This document shows positions 11,215-24,939 of a stretch of 64,000 nt of DNA, in pieces. The position numbers and the translations under genes were made by a program. Positions within the stretch are counted from its first letter, which is position 1. Each line of letters opens with the position of its first letter. The stretch covers positions 163,386,107 through 163,450,106 of the forward strand of contig NC_085844.1 in NCBI RefSeq assembly GCF_035594765.1. The letters run 5' to 3'. The notes under the pieces are model-generated. The model searched no databases, was not told the origin of the DNA, and saw only the letters and a list, made by a program, of their open reading frames with translations. The stretch comes from Anolis carolinensis (taxonomy: Eukaryota).

Positions 11215-14045
11215 TACATGAATGTATAGAATAAGCTTGTAAGTATATGTAAAATACATGATCACAAATTGACACATAAACATTGCACTCACTCCCAGTG
11301 AGGTTTATCAAGTTGCAAATATTACTGTGAGATCTATTTTGTATGACAAGAACCTTAAATTACAAAACAATCCTCCACATCTGCAGGAATTAGTGGTGCC
11401 AGAGCCACACAAAAGTGGAAATATCACAGATTTAAAATACTTTTTTTAACTTGTGGGAACAGCTTTCTAGGAATCTCTAGGTCCTTTAGGGCAACTGTAT
11501 GGTCAACGTCCACTGGATGTTGACTATAGAATTTCACTGTAGGACCTAGATATTCCTTCTCTCTATGAAACTTTAGGTCCTTCAGGGCAACTCTTAGTCA
11601 ACTTCAATGGGGGGTTCACTATAGAGTCTCTCTGAAGCTCCAAGATATTCTCAGAGGAGATGTACTAAACAAATTTGCAGATAATTAAACCTGCAAAAGT
11701 TAAGCCCACAATTGGGGAGTGATGGCTGTATTTGTTATGCAGTTATATTTAGAAATCCATTCCTTTGGCTTTTACCAAGCAGACCCTGAGTTAGACACTC
11801 ATATCAGACTCGCTTAGTTTCCAATAAGTCTTATGATTACCCTAGAATTATTTTTGAGTGACACTGGGATAATAGGAGTCACAAGCAAAAGCTTCTTTTA
11901 AGACATCAATTCCATTTATCATCATATACACTAAAATAGCTGCAGAAAGCAACCACTGAACAATTACCATCTAATCAAAAAGAAACATTTCTTCAAATGG
12001 AATGCATTAAGCCTAAATGTCATTTAAAGCAAAGTACAGCATTTAATTGCTTTATTTTCAGACAAATGGCCTTCTTCATAAACACTTGAGTGTGCTGTAA
12101 TACTCATCAAGTGTCAAGCTTATACACACATAATTACACACATAAATATTGTCATTAAAAGAGGACACATTCTGACTGTTATCCTGCTCCCTGAAGCATT
12201 TGTGAAACGTGTGACATATATGAGACCACTGTAGTTCAGTTCTTTGCAAAAAGAGAGGTGGAGATTCAGCTGTAAGAAACAGATCACGCAAATGCACAAA
12301 CTTTAAAGGAGCTATTCAAGGTGCTGAATCTGCTTTGCTGTTAGTTCTTTTTAATTCAGACTGAATGGAATACAAACTCACAATTTCACTGGCTGTCACA
12401 GCTTTTGTCTGTATAAAAGCTGCTCTTTTTTGTTTCTAGTGGTAATATAAGTACAACGCTGGTAATAATGACAAAATATTGTTAAGACAAAGACCATTTT
12501 AATAGAACTTATGACTATACATGTATATTAGACTGCAACCCATCACCATTTGTAACTTCCACTTTCGTTTGTATTGAGTATAAGACAAATTAGACTGAGA
12601 AAAAGAAGTTTGTAGCATAATCTTTTTTTACACTGAATCTGTTTCACCAGATACTAGGAGTAAAGTTCCTATGGGCAAGATATTTATATCTATGAATATG
12701 CATGTTGTATGCGTGAATAGTACAATATAACCCCTGTACCTATGCTTTCACCTATCCTCATCTGACAAAATATGACCTCTCTAGAAATGTTATAGAGCCT
12801 TCAGGTGATTCTGTGGCATACTTTCATTGCATGTTACCATAAAGTCACTCTGGAAGGCATAGCAAATTGCTACAGAAGATACCTCTACAAAAATATTCTC
12901 TCTGTTGATTTTAATGGTAACATCCAGTGGAAACAGTTCATTTCAACAGAGTTTGCTGTTATCCATGATTTCCTGTTTCCACTGTAAATTGAGGAGCATA
13001 GCCCCTGGGATATATGGGCCATACTGTAATAGAAATTCAAAAACAGAGTGGGTATGATGATTAGGTGACATGCTCAGTTTCTCAATATACAAATACGAGG
13101 TGCAGAACACTCCAGTTTTCCTGTACGTTCTGCATGGGACCTCAGAACAGCAATCACTGAACAAAAAATGTCAAGAAATACAGCAGAGTTGGGAAGTATA
13201 CACAAACTCCCGTCTATCAACAGTGCATTGAGTTGGGGCAATGGTTTCCTGCCCCACTACATATACTAGAACACAGATTAATACTCCAGCTTCATGAGAG
13301 CTGTTTTGCTCATTGTATTGCATCTCCTTTATGGTTCTCTGCCAGCACTATGCTATATTCCAAGAACACTCTCCACCATGCCTTCCTCCCAACCCTGTCC
13401 CCCAAACTGAATTTGTGACCTCAATATCATACCCACATTATTTAGAGTGACAGAAACACACATAAAGCTGCTCATTCATGGGCATAATTGTCTATCTGTA
13501 GCACTCCTTGCTCCAGATTGTCTCAGAGGTGCTACAATATCCCTATGCTACTGATCCAAATTAACTCAGGTATGTTTTTAAATTCCAAGGCAACCTATGT
13601 AATCTCTATGCCACCATCCTCCTTCACATAACACACTATCTCTTTGAGGGTGAATCCAGACTGCTCAAAAAGGCCAGACAGTCCAAACGTCTGTTCCTAT
13701 ACCAGCTCCCCAGATTGGTTTGTTCTATATGATCAAAGCAGGAATAAAATCAGACTTTTCAATCAGTTTGGATGTGGCCTCTGTCTGACCTTGCCTACAT
13801 CATTCCAACAGCATTTTTATCTTTCTTTCATTCAGTCAATCTCTACTCTTATGCAAGTTCACTTAATTCAATATTTTGCACCTATTACTGGGTTTTCATG
13901 CATTCCTGACTATGCTTACCATCCAGTCTTATAATGCAGGATCACAAAAGTATGTTTTTAGTTTGTGTAATGTCACAGCTAGTAATGTAAAGAGGCAATG
14001 AACTGCTTTGATGTGTGTTGACAAACTTGATTTTCTTGCTTTCAG

Positions 14046-14145
14046 TGATACTGCTTTGCATAGTGGAAGTTGTCATTATACTGATGTTAATATTTCTGAG
14101 AAATCGAATCCGGATTGCCATTGCACTTTTGAAGGAAGGTAGCAG
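14046..14145 (+). CDS. SLC44A5: SLC44A5 internal exon ([34 protein letters not shown])
   Basis: TTTCAG acceptor, GTAAAT donor at 14146; phase 1/2. Family motif FLRxRIxIAIAL. Not in the ORF track on this strand. Confidence 0.92.
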
Positions 14146-17132
14146 GTAAATATGTTGGTGAGAATATCTCAGTGTATCATTGGATTTCTCATATTTGCTT
14201 TTTTGGGACACTTCTCATATTCTTCTATATGAATATATGCTTTGGTTCTTATCTTCACTTGAGGATGAAATAAGCACAATGAAGTTGCAAAATACATCCT
14301 GACCTTTCATCAGGCTATTAGTCTTGTGTGTAAATGAAATCCATTTGCACAAATGCCTAATTGTGTGTTTGTATTTCACTCCTACAAGAAAACAGGGAGG
14401 AGTCACATAAATTGTATATCTGTACTATCAAATTTTCCAACAGTCAGCACTACCAGCCAAGAAATTGTGCTCTGAGAGAAGTTGGAAATTAATGCAAGGA
14501 TGAGATCATTCATGTGATGTATTTTGTGTATCTGCATTTAGTAAGAACAGCAAGCCAATTTTGGACTGCTTATAATTTAAAGATACAGAAGTCATTTTAA
14601 TAGTTGGTCTGAATCCCCACAACTGAAGAACAGCAAACACATTTTGTACTGGCAGTAATTAAAGGCCATTTTAATAATCTGCAAGGTTATTATGGTGTAA
14701 TTGCTATTTGACAACCACAGATCTAACTAAGAAAATGATTGTAGCCACAGCAAGGTCTGCCTCACATCGTGGTGCAATTATTAGTCAAGGAGGGTTCCCT
14801 GAAGGCAAGCTTGATTAGATCTTATTTAAAATACATAAACTGACTTAAAACAGATCAGATGTATTATGGATTGATAATGATAAATGGAAGCTCTGATGTG
14901 TGCCCGCGATCCAGAGTCACCTGCAGAACAATAACATGCCACTCAGGTTTGCAGAACAAAAATACAGAAACTTTACCAATTCCAAGAGATAAAAAACAGT
15001 AGTATTTACAATGGTCCCTCTGATCACTTACAGAAGTCCACAGTCATAAGCAGTCCTTTCTCGGTCCACAAATCCACTTCAGAGAAGAATACAGCCCTGG
15101 ATCTACACCCTCTTTTCTCAGCAGCAAACAGGCCTCAAAATAGCAAGGCTCTCTCTGAGTACACTGCTCTCTTCACCAGCAGTACTCAGTCAGCACTGAA
15201 AAACTTGTCCAAACTGGTTCTGCAGCAGCATAACAGAAACAGTATCAAATCAATTCCCAGGTCTTTGCAGGCTCAGCCAATCAGCTTCATGCACTTCATT
15301 TTCCAGTTAACACACACAGCACAGTGCCTTTGCAAACCATGACAAGATGGACCACCAGTCCTTCTCTATATCCTCATCCAGACTGAATAGCAGTTTACAA
15401 TCATTCATCAGGTCTTTTATCAAGTTGGATGGTTTTTCTGTTGCCACACTCCACAATGATAAGAATTTCCTGAAAACTAGCAGCAAGGAGGTTTACTAGC
15501 TCAGGCTGTTGAAATGTGGATTCTACTGGTACATAAATGGACATTTAGACTTGGACACAGAGCTGGGATTTTGACCATCTAATCAGCTGCTATATGCAAA
15601 TATTTATCACCAGAGGTAGCCAAAAAACCAGAGGGTCATATAGAAGACATCTCCATGTGTGGCCAAGAAGTCACCAAGTGCCACCCAAGTTGACAGCATA
15701 ATATAATCAGTTGGTCTCATATTAGTTAGCTGTTGTTCAAACATTGCTTTTCTTGTATTTAAGACAGTTATTTTCTTGTAAACAATCTTATTTTTAGAGT
15801 GAATTCAGTGAACCATTCTAACCAAATTCTCACATTTGCTTCCTGTGAAACTGACTATAAGTGAAAATAGATTTTGTCCCAGTGGAAAGCTGTGGATGAG
15901 TAGCCAAGCACATATATTTTTTGAATCTGTTGTCATGAACAGCATTACAGCTAACAGCTTCATCAGAGGAGTTCTAGTGTGTGAATGCATTCCTGTGTCC
16001 TTGGTCAGACCATGTCTTTTCTCACACTGCTAGTGTCAAAATATGGAGGCTCTTATGGAATAAAGGAGTCCTGCGGTTTCAACATGTAGTAGTTCTTTTT
16101 CATTAATGCTATAACCCTAATGCTATAAACATGGGGATTAGCAGTTATTTGTTGCAGCTCTAGACTGCACCATATATTTTTCCCTTTTTCATTACAATTC
16201 AGGACCACTTTATAAAATAAGATGCTTTTATTCAAATATGTGCCAAACAGAAACACTCTTGAAACTTCATAAACTTCCTGGTGCAAGGTAATAATGCCTT
16301 GTAGTTCTGCAGCTACATTTAAAGGTCACTTGAGGGCAATAGTTTCCAATATTTATGCAGAATGCATGAAAAGAAGCGCGGCATGTAATTATTATGAACG
16401 CAACAGACCATACCCTATAGTCAATGTCTTGAAAAATATGTTGCTAATGACTGAGAGCTAAATTATTTTCCCCCAGATCAGTTTAACTATTTTTTTCTGT
16501 GAAATGGCAATTTATATTAGCAATAAAGCACTCTCAGTCTATAGCTAGAACAGTTAACAAGCAGTTTGTTAGAATAAACTGTCTGTGACTTAACCATCAA
16601 CCAACAGGTCTATCATTATTGCCTGAAAACCACTGATTTGCAGTGATTATTTCTTAAGTAGCATAAGGTGATACTTTTTTTAAAAAAAATGATTCTACAG
16701 CTATTCAAGGGGTTTCAAGCACAAGTCATGATTTTCCTGTGCAGAAGTGTAATTTGACAAGCATGCTTGATTTAAGCCCAATTTCCGCAGTGGCTTGTGG
16801 AAAATAATGATGAAGAAAATCATGTGCAGAGTGCATTTCCCTCATGAGCAAAGGCTGCTTCATAATGCTCTTATATAGAAGGCAATACTATGTAGGAAAA
16901 GGTGTAAAAATATTGGGAGATATATACATTGATGCTTATGTGTTGGACCTCCCATCCCTCCTTGGTGAAGATGTGCCTGCCATTGTCAGCTACTATAATA
17001 AAATCAAGCTGACACACACTATTTACACTTTTCATTGACCTTCACCAGTTTCGGCCAACAAAACTCCCTCAAATATTTTTGCCTTTGGTGATGTAGCGAG
17101 GAGGAGATCCAACCCTTGGCCTCTCCAGTGTT

Positions 17133-18446
17133 GAATCATAGAATCATAGAGTTAGAAGGGACCACATGGGCCATCTAGTCCAACCCCTGCAAAGCAAGAA
17201 AAGCACAATCAAAGCACTCCTTACAGATGGTGATCCAGCTTCTGTTTAAAAGACTCCAAAGAAGAAGCTTCCACCAAATTCCAAGGCAGAGAGTTCCATT
17301 GTTGAGCAGCTCATACAGTCAGAAAGTTCTTCCTAATGTTCAGGTGGAATATCTTTTTCTGAAATTCGAACCCATTGCTCCAAGTCCTAGTTTCCAGGAC
17401 AGCTGAAAACAAGCCTGCTCCCTCATCCTTATAACAGCCTTTCACATATTTATACATGGCAATCATGTCTCTTTTCAACCTTCTCTTTTGCAAACTAAAC
17501 ATCCCTTGCTCTTTAAACCGTGCCTCTTAGGGCAGAAGTCTGCAGACCTTTGATAATTTTAGTTGCCCTCCTCTAGACACCTTCTAGCTTGTCAATATCT
17601 CTTTTGAACTGTATTCCAGGTGAATAAAAGAATAAAGAGGCACTATGACTTTCCTTGATCTAGACACTATACTCCTTTTGATGCAACCTAAAATCCCGTT
17701 GATGTTTTTTAGCTGCTGCATCTCACTGTTGGCTCATATTCAACTTGTTATCCACTTGGACTCCTAGATATTTTTTACATGTACTGTGAAACTTTTTCAC
17801 ATGTACTGTATATTGTTCCACATATACTATGGACGTCACCCATCCTATAACTGTACATTTCATTTTTTTTCTGTCTAAGTGAAGTATCCTCCAGTTCTGG
17901 TTGAAATTCATTTTGTTCATTTTGGCCCAGTTCTCTAATCCGTTGAGGTCATTTTGCATTCTGATCTGCTTTCAGGAGTATTAGCTATCCTTCCTAATTT
18001 CGTGTCATCTGCAACTTTAATAAACATGCCTTCTAAACCGTCATCTAAACATTAATAAAGATGTTGAACAGCACCAGACCGAGTACAGAAACCTCTTTAT
18101 GGCACCCTACTAGCCAGTTATCTCCAGGATGAAGATGACTGGACGGTAATTCTTTAGGTCCTCTTTTTCCCTTCTTGAAGAATGAGACAATATTTGCCCT
18201 TCTCCAGTGTGCTGGAACTTCTCCTGTTCTCTGAGAATTCTAAGATTTTTGCCAGTGGTTCTGTAATCACTCCTGCTAATTCCTTCAATTCTCTTGGATG
18301 TAGTTCATCTGACCCTGGAGACTTGAATTCATTTAGAGTAGCCAGGTATTCCTGGACTACTCCATTACTTATTTTGGGTTGCATATCCCCTATTACCTCA
18401 TCCACTCCATGTTGCTCAGGTTGAACACTGATTTCCTTTTGGGACA
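17133..18446 (-). mobile_element. Old CR1 LINE 3' fragment with internal deletion
   Basis: GAATCATAGAATCATAG (reverse octamer tail) at 17133. Minus-strand ORFs 17311-17502, 17723-17959 and 18154-18492 match the CR1 RT at 1-2069. Confidence 0.9.
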
Positions 18447-19179
18447 AGATGTACAAGATGTGGAAGATATTTCTGAGCCAATAATATAACAAGCCCTCAA
18501 GCCATGCTTCTCCTGTGATATTCTGTTCTTCTCATGATGGATGGTTGGGACTACAGGTTGGAAAAGTTAATTGCTGATTAGTGCTTCAACCAGCCTAAGA
18601 CAGCTGGTGCTAAGAGGCTGGATTTTGAGAACAGAGAATTTTAATTGGTTTTCACTAAGCTTGAGTTCTGTTAACATTCTCTTTGGAAACCTCGTATTGA
18701 AACAAGTCATCTGGCATTCTTTCTTTGGCAGCAAAAAGTGGGGTCCATTTCACAGAACAGACTCTGCTGCAGTATTTTTGTAGAGTGTTCCGTTGTCAGA
18801 CAACAAAGAGAATCAGATACATGATGTCACCTTCAGAATATGGACATGCCGGACACTGAGAGTGATGCCTTCATGAAGTACATAGGAAGAATATAGTTAG
18901 TACAAAGCTGGCATCTATAAAATGTGTAAGAAAATGAAGAAGAAAAGTCATTAAAGCTGAAGCCAAACACTGCAGTACAGAAAAATCAATATCTCCATAT
19001 GTAATGCTTTAAAATGTTCATCTGAAAACAATAAGCAAAAAAGTATATTAGAAGAGTATCATTAATATATCTTTCTTTGTTATTTAATGCTGTTGTACAT
19101 TATTACTTAATGGAAGAAGTGATCAAAGAGACTTGAAAAGAATGAAATAATATTGAGAAATATTTTACAAAGACTTGCA

Positions 19180-20106
19180 CAATTGACTGTTAGTATCCAC
19201 TGGGATTTGGCTCCAGGACACTGCACCCTATGAGGGTTGAATGAAAAGTAATGCCTCCACCTTGTTTATTTAGGTTTGGATGGGAATATTTTAATAAATG
19301 AAACGCAGAAATAATCCTTAGAATGTGCTCTTTAACTACCACTATTCACTTTTCCACATAAACACCAGACAATTGGATATATTTATGCCAACGATGAACA
19401 AGTTTTCTGAAGCCTTCACCGAAGAAGTCGACACTGTTTCTGCAACCAGCATCTCACAGTACCCATCATGCACAGATCTTCTGATAGCCAATCAAAGCAA
19501 TAATGTGACTCACACATTCTTGTGAAATGTTGATGATGATTGAAATTTCTCTCTGAGTGATACGACGATTGTCCTGAATCAATCTGTCAACCTTTTGCTT
19601 GTGAAACTCGGTGGTTGCTGTCACAGGACATCCAACTCTTTGTTTGTCATGCAAGTCAGATGTTCCCACCTCAACATCTTTAAACTTACTCACACACCAA
19701 TGCACAGTACTCGCATCAACACAATCACCATAAACAGCTTGCATGCTCTGATGAATCTCCTTTGGGGTGATACCTTCTGCTGTCAAGAATTCAATGACTG
19801 CATGTTGCTTAAGTTGCATTGACCGACCGTCTGCGCAGGGTTCCATACTTTGCACTTTAACAAAACAACTATTCAATGCTAAAGCTTCCCACCAAATGGA
19901 ACTGTAGAGGAGAGTCTATTGAACAAGCCAGTACCTGCCGCATACCAGTACTGCCATATGTTGAGGAGTTATGAAGGTGGAGGCATTACTTTTCATTCAA
20001 CCCTCGTAAATACAAAACCTGTGGATGCTCAAGTCCCATTATAGACAGTAGTGCAGTAAAATGGTGTCCCTTAGATGAAATGACAAAATGAAGGCTTGCT
20101 GTTTGG

Positions 20107-20167
<61 letters not shown>

Positions 20168-20229
20168 TATTCAAGCTATGGATGGTTGAATCCACTGATA
20201 CAGAATCTGTGGATACAGAGGATCAATTG
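19180..20229. mobile_element. Degenerate Tigger-like MITE interrupted by a mariner; contains (AGAT)n at ~20107-20166
   Basis: Termini CAATTGA...GTATCCAC and GTGGATAC...TCAATTG, followed by TA. Confidence 0.6.
19231..20006 (-). mobile_element. Internally deleted mariner transposon
   Basis: ~33-bp TIR (T/C)GAGGGTTGAATGAAAAGTAATGCCTCCACCTT with TA TSD. The minus ORF 19466-19876 encodes the mariner HTH region (AVIEFL...EIH...VYG...RRIT.REI). It is joined directly to the C-terminal FF.EGFRKLVHRW.KYI...YVEK*. Confidence 0.93.
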
Positions 20230-20341
20230 TATAGCACACAAAAAGCCTGAAAAAGTCTCAAAGATTAAAGAAGCATGTAAATGTGTGGCTTGAGATTTAT
20301 GTCTGTTGCTTGCAAATTTTTATGTTCTTTCTCTCTTTCAG

Positions 20342-20434
20342 GGCCATTGGCTACATCATGTCTACACTGTTCTACCCAATCATCACCTTCATTCTCATTG
20401 CAATCTGCATATCTTACTGGGCTGTGACAGCTGT
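20342..20434 (+). CDS. SLC44A5: SLC44A5 internal exon ([31 protein letters not shown])
   Basis: Pyrimidine tract plus CAG acceptor; ends at the U12-type donor GTATCCTTT; phase 2/2. Confidence 0.92.
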
Positions 20435-20611
20435 GTATCCTTTTTGGACTCCAAGGGCAAATGAGGGCAGGATCTTCTCACATTTCCTATTCTCCACTTC
20501 ATTACTAAAACAGAAGTGCAGGAAATGTTTCACCCCCTCCACAAGAAACTGTATTCTTTGAGTAGAGAAGACTGCTGAGCTTTCATTACTTCTCATTCAG
20601 GCTGTCTTGCC

Positions 20612-20671
<60 letters not shown>

Positions 20672-21386
20672 TATACCCCACTTTCTTTCCACAAGGAGAC
20701 TCAATCCTAAGGCCCATTTATGGAAACAAGTGTGTGTGGCTTGTGGAAGTCTAACATTATAAAAAATCCCAATGAAATGTATAGTACAAGAATGTATTAT
20801 TTTCTTTATTCACAAGGCAGTTATATGTTCACTTCTTCATTGCCTTCCTCAGTCTCCAACGCAAGCCTAGCAAGAGTTGAGGGGGTTGATAATAAATTTC
20901 GGGTGAAAGCCTCATGGAAAATCCCAGTTGTGGATTACTGAGATGGATAAATGGTTTTGGGTAAAAATATCATGGAAGATTAATACTGATATGTTCCCCT
21001 CCCCAACACCAATGCAACAATCACCTGAAGATGTATTTTTATTTTATTTTTCTGTATTTGCCCAGTATCTTTCCCTCTGGTCTCCATATATGAGTTCATT
21101 AAATCATACTGTTTCCTTGTCTGTTACCCCTATGGCAATCACTGTTATTAAGTAAAAGCATGACAGTATTTTACTCTCCTGGTGATAATGCCTTCAGGTA
21201 CAACCAAACGGGGTTATAGTAAGTGCATAAACACTGTGGTATGATATATACACTAGCCATGGGAAAGCAGAGATTAAGTGTATTCTCTGGGGGCTTTCCT
21301 ATTTGTGCTAAGTGTCATTTGCTATGCTGCTCACTCCGGAAGGAAGCCTGTGATTTTTGTTTCCTACTTAACCCAATTAAATTAAG
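20435..21386 (+). other. SLC44A5: U12-type (minor spliceosome) GT-AG intron
   Basis: 5' splice site GTATCCTTT; branch-like TTCCTACTTAAC at 21361-21372, ~15 nt before the AG; no polypyrimidine tract; splicing keeps the frame (TAV-FLATSG). Confidence 0.9.
20612..20705 (-). repeat. (ATT)n microsatellite plus short L2 3'-end remnant
   Basis: ATT run 20612-20670, then TTATACCCCACTTTCTTTCCACAAGGAGACTCAA. Confidence 0.75.
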
Positions 21387-21474
21387 CTTCCTGGCTACAT
21401 CAGGGGAACCTGTGTACAAAGTCATGGCTAATCAGAGCCTGTGCAAGTATGCAAATTTGACCTGTTACCCAGAG
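21387..21474 (+). CDS. SLC44A5: SLC44A5 internal exon (FLATSGEPVYKVMANQSLCKYANLTCYPE)
   Basis: AG at 21385-21386, GTAAGC at 21475; phase 2/0. Confidence 0.92.
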
Positions 21475-22141
21475 GTAAGCGTGCATAATTCCTTTCTTGC
21501 AAAACCCTGTATAAAGTTGAGCTTTTCCGTTAATGACCTCAATGTCAGCATTGTAAGTTTAAAAGCAAGCTCCCTGTTCTTTCTATTAGAATTGTACATT
21601 TATCAACAAATAGATCTGATCCTATTATTAATCTTTTAGGCTAGATAAATCATATTGAACTCAATTGAGTTTACATCTGAGTAGACACATGTAGTTGATC
21701 ATTTTATTAGCTCTGCTGGAAATCTTCTGTGGCACTTGTGTTTAGCTGGTACACAAGATAGAAGAGTGGGCAGTGCATACCATAGGGGAGATCTACATAC
21801 TCCTTAATACTGATATGGGCAACTTATGGCTTTCTAGAGCAATGTTTCTCAAACTTTGCTCCTCCAGATGTTTTGGACTTCAGCTCTAGAGAACTGTGGG
21901 CCCCAACCCCAAATTGGGTCTCCTTGACTCAGTGTTGGGGTCATGAAAAATTTGGCAACAATGGAAGGTTCCTGAACACCCCCATTTGCACGAATCGGTT
22001 AGCAACAACTTGCAGTGTTTACAGTGGACACTGCACTAAACGCTTCAGCTGTACTCCACAAAAAGGAAAATCAGCCTGTTCAGCAAACCTTGAAAATGCT
22101 TATTTATTATTAGTAAACGTTTGATTTTTAAATACCTATTA

Positions 22142-22464
22142 CAGTAGAGTCTCACTTATCCAACATAAACGGGCCGGCAGAACGTTGGATAAGCAAATAT
22201 GTTGGATAATAAGGAGGGATTAAGGAAAAGCCTATTAAACATCAAATTAGGTTATGATTTTACAAATTAAGCACCAAAACATCATGTTATACAACAAATT
22301 TGACAGAAAAAGTAGTTCAATACGCAGTAATGCTATGTAGTAATTACTGTATGTACGAATTTAGCACCAAAATATCACGATGTATTGAAAACATTGACTA
22401 CAAAAATGCATTGGATAATCCAGAATGTTGGATAAGCGAGTGTTGGATAAGTGAGACTCTACTG
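22142..22464. mobile_element. Tc1/mariner-pogo MITE (same family as 9672-9987)
   Basis: TIR CAGTAGAGTCTCACTTATCCAACA; TA TSD. Confidence 0.92.
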
Positions 22465-23922
22465 TATATACGTATACTCAGCATTGCATAAAATTTTACT
22501 GGGTAGAAAGGGGTTGTGAATGGAAAAAGTTTAAGAAGAAGTGCTCTAGAAAAGAACTTCTTAAACTATGCATCAGGACCGCAAATGATCCTTTCTTGTG
22601 CTTATACGCATGCATATCTCTACTTTTCCTTTCTTCCTCCTCTCTCTGCCTTCCCTCTTTCCTTTCATGCATTCGCCTCTCTGCCTTCATTTTACTCTGC
22701 TGAAAATGGCAACTTTCTCAGGCCCCCACTAGTTATATGTTGTGTATATAATTCAGATTGCTTACTGTATTGTATATGTGTGTATTGGTTTGTCATTTTC
22801 CTTAACTCTTTTGTTGTGGGAGGGGCTGCAGACCCTGCGATCAGGTCTGGGCTTGTTCAGGACTCCGATTCCATTTTAGAAACAGTATGCTTTAGACTTC
22901 AGTAGGAACAAATGTATGCTTCAGACTTCAATGCAGGAACACTATGCTTCAGACTTCAGTAGGAACAGTATTTTTACAGGCTCCACTGGACATTTATTTA
23001 TTTATTTATTTATTTATTTATTTGTTTGTGGCTCTTTTATCCCGCCTTTCTCAACCCTGGAGGGGACTCAAGGCAGCTTCACAACATAGGCAATGCCTTT
23101 AAAAACATAGTACAATAAAAACAACTGCACCACTAAAACAAATAAAAGCATTAGACAAGACAAAGACTCTGTTAGACTCTCAGAACAGAGAGATGCTTTA
23201 GATTATGGACTATTGATTCTAAGAAAGATGCCCTGTGTTATCTACACAGAGAAACTACTTCAAATTCTATTTGTAACTGGATTGATAAGCAAAGTACTTG
23301 TATGCTGAATACATAAAGCTGAATTCGTAAAGTAAGCCAACAATGTTACTTTTAAAGTCTGCTTATTTTGTCTCTTGAGAGCATGATTTAAACCAAATAT
23401 ATTTTAAGAGAGAGTAGATGCTTTTGGGCAACTGAAAAAGAATGCTACATTTATCAGTCTAACAGCTGAGAAACCTGATTGCCTTGCATGGATGCCATTT
23501 TCCCAAAAGGTTATGACTCTAACAAGTCATGCTTTTACCAAGAGGTTATGGCATCATTTTTCAAAAGGTTGTGACTTCTAACAAGGTCATGCCTGTCCAA
23601 AAATCATAACATCTCCAAAAAGATATGCAGATTTCCATTTTCTGAAACACTCTCTTTCTCTCGCATATGCACACATACATTTATCTCCTCTTCCTCCCTC
23701 TGTCTTTTATATACTTGGGGTTGCACAAACATTTCTCTCATAAAAAAGAGTTGTGAGTCAAAAAAGCTTAAGAAGCTCTGCTCTAGAAGATGTTGGACTT
23801 CATTTCCCATCAGTATTAGCCAGCATAACCATTCACAGTGAGTAACAGCAGTTGCACTTCAGATACAATTTGTTCACTCCTGATTTGGGACTATGTCAAA
23901 AGAATTACTTACTGGTCCATAT

Positions 23923-23923
<1 letters not shown>

Positions 23924-23966
<43 letters not shown>
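23924..23966. repeat. (AAT)n microsatellite
   Basis: Directly visible, ~65 nt upstream of the exon acceptor. Confidence 0.95.
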
Positions 23967-24031
23967 TCAGAATTGGTCTGAAATGTTTGTTTAATCTGGT
24001 ATTGACTAACTCTTTTCTTATCATTGAACAG

Positions 24032-24294
24032 ACTTTCAACACAACGAATGTAACCAAGCTTTGCCCAGGGGCCCAGTGCACCTTTGCTTTCTATGGAGGA
24101 GAAAGCTTGTACCACAGATACATCTTAGTCTTTCAGATCTTCAATGTTTTTGTCTTTCTTTGGTTGGTCAATTTTGCAATTGCACTGGGTCAGTGTACCC
24201 TTGCTGGTGCCTTTGCCTCTTACTATTGGGCCTTTAGAAAACCTTCTGACATCCCAACATGCCCACTTTTTGCCTCATTTGGACGAGCAATACG
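24032..24294 (+). CDS. SLC44A5: SLC44A5 internal exon ([16 protein letters not shown]...[17 protein letters not shown]...FGRAIR)
   Basis: CAG acceptor, GTAAGT donor at 24295; phase 0/2; hallmark SLC44 motif [10 protein letters not shown]. Confidence 0.95.
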
Positions 24295-24578
24295 GTAAGT
24301 TAAAGATGTGAATTCCAATTTAAATTAGTTTTTGCTTTCAGAAATGTGTGCTAGATTATGGAGGAAGATGTTTTATAGTCAAAATTGTTGCACTGTGATA
24401 CATGCATGTTCACTGTGGTCTGTCTGTTTGAATTCTACTTCTATACCATTGATTCAGCTGTTGAAGATGAATCAATGTCTATTTATACATCCATCACTTT
24501 ATTTGTATCCCTCCTTTCTCCCAAGCTGGAACTCTAGCCAATTTCCAAATAGGCAGAGAGTCAAATGAAATGCCAATA

Positions 24579-24902
24579 CAGTGGAGTCTCACTTATCCAA
24601 CGTTCACTTATCCAGTGTTCTGTATTATCCAGTGCAATCTGCCTCCTGCCCGGATCCACAGTTGTTTCTCTAGACAGCAGTGTGCAGTGGGCCAACATGC
24701 CCAACAACAACACAAGTGCAGCCACACTCCCAAACAAGTGGCAGACTTGTTGTAAAACGTGATGTTTTGGTGTTTAATCTGTAAAATCATAACATAATTT
24801 GACATTTAATGGGCTTTTCCTTAATCCCTATTTATTATCCAACACTTTTTCTTATCCAACCTTCTGCCGGCCTGTTTATGTTGGATAAGTGAGACTCTAC
24901 TG
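24579..24902. mobile_element. Tc1/mariner-pogo MITE, inverted relative to the other copies
   Basis: TIR CAGTGGAGTCTCACTTATCCAAC...GTTGGATAAGTGAGACTCTACTG; TA TSD. Confidence 0.9.
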
Positions 24903-24939
24903 TAGTTTAAAACATACACATTTAAGATTAACATTTGTA

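Noticed and set aside
14894-15343. Possible degraded antisense LTR (CCAAT box at ~15277)
   Set aside because: No TSD and no second copy to define the ends.
22812-23464. Possible solo LTR containing a ~27-bp tandem repeat (TATGCTTCAGACTTCA..GGAACA, ~22880-22970)
   Set aside because: TG...CA ends can be drawn, but I found no matching TSD; left unclassified.
23490-23595. Imperfect ~58-bp direct duplication (CAAAAGGTT.TGACT..TAACAAG.TCATGC)
   Set aside because: Two diverged copies only; most likely a local slippage duplication.
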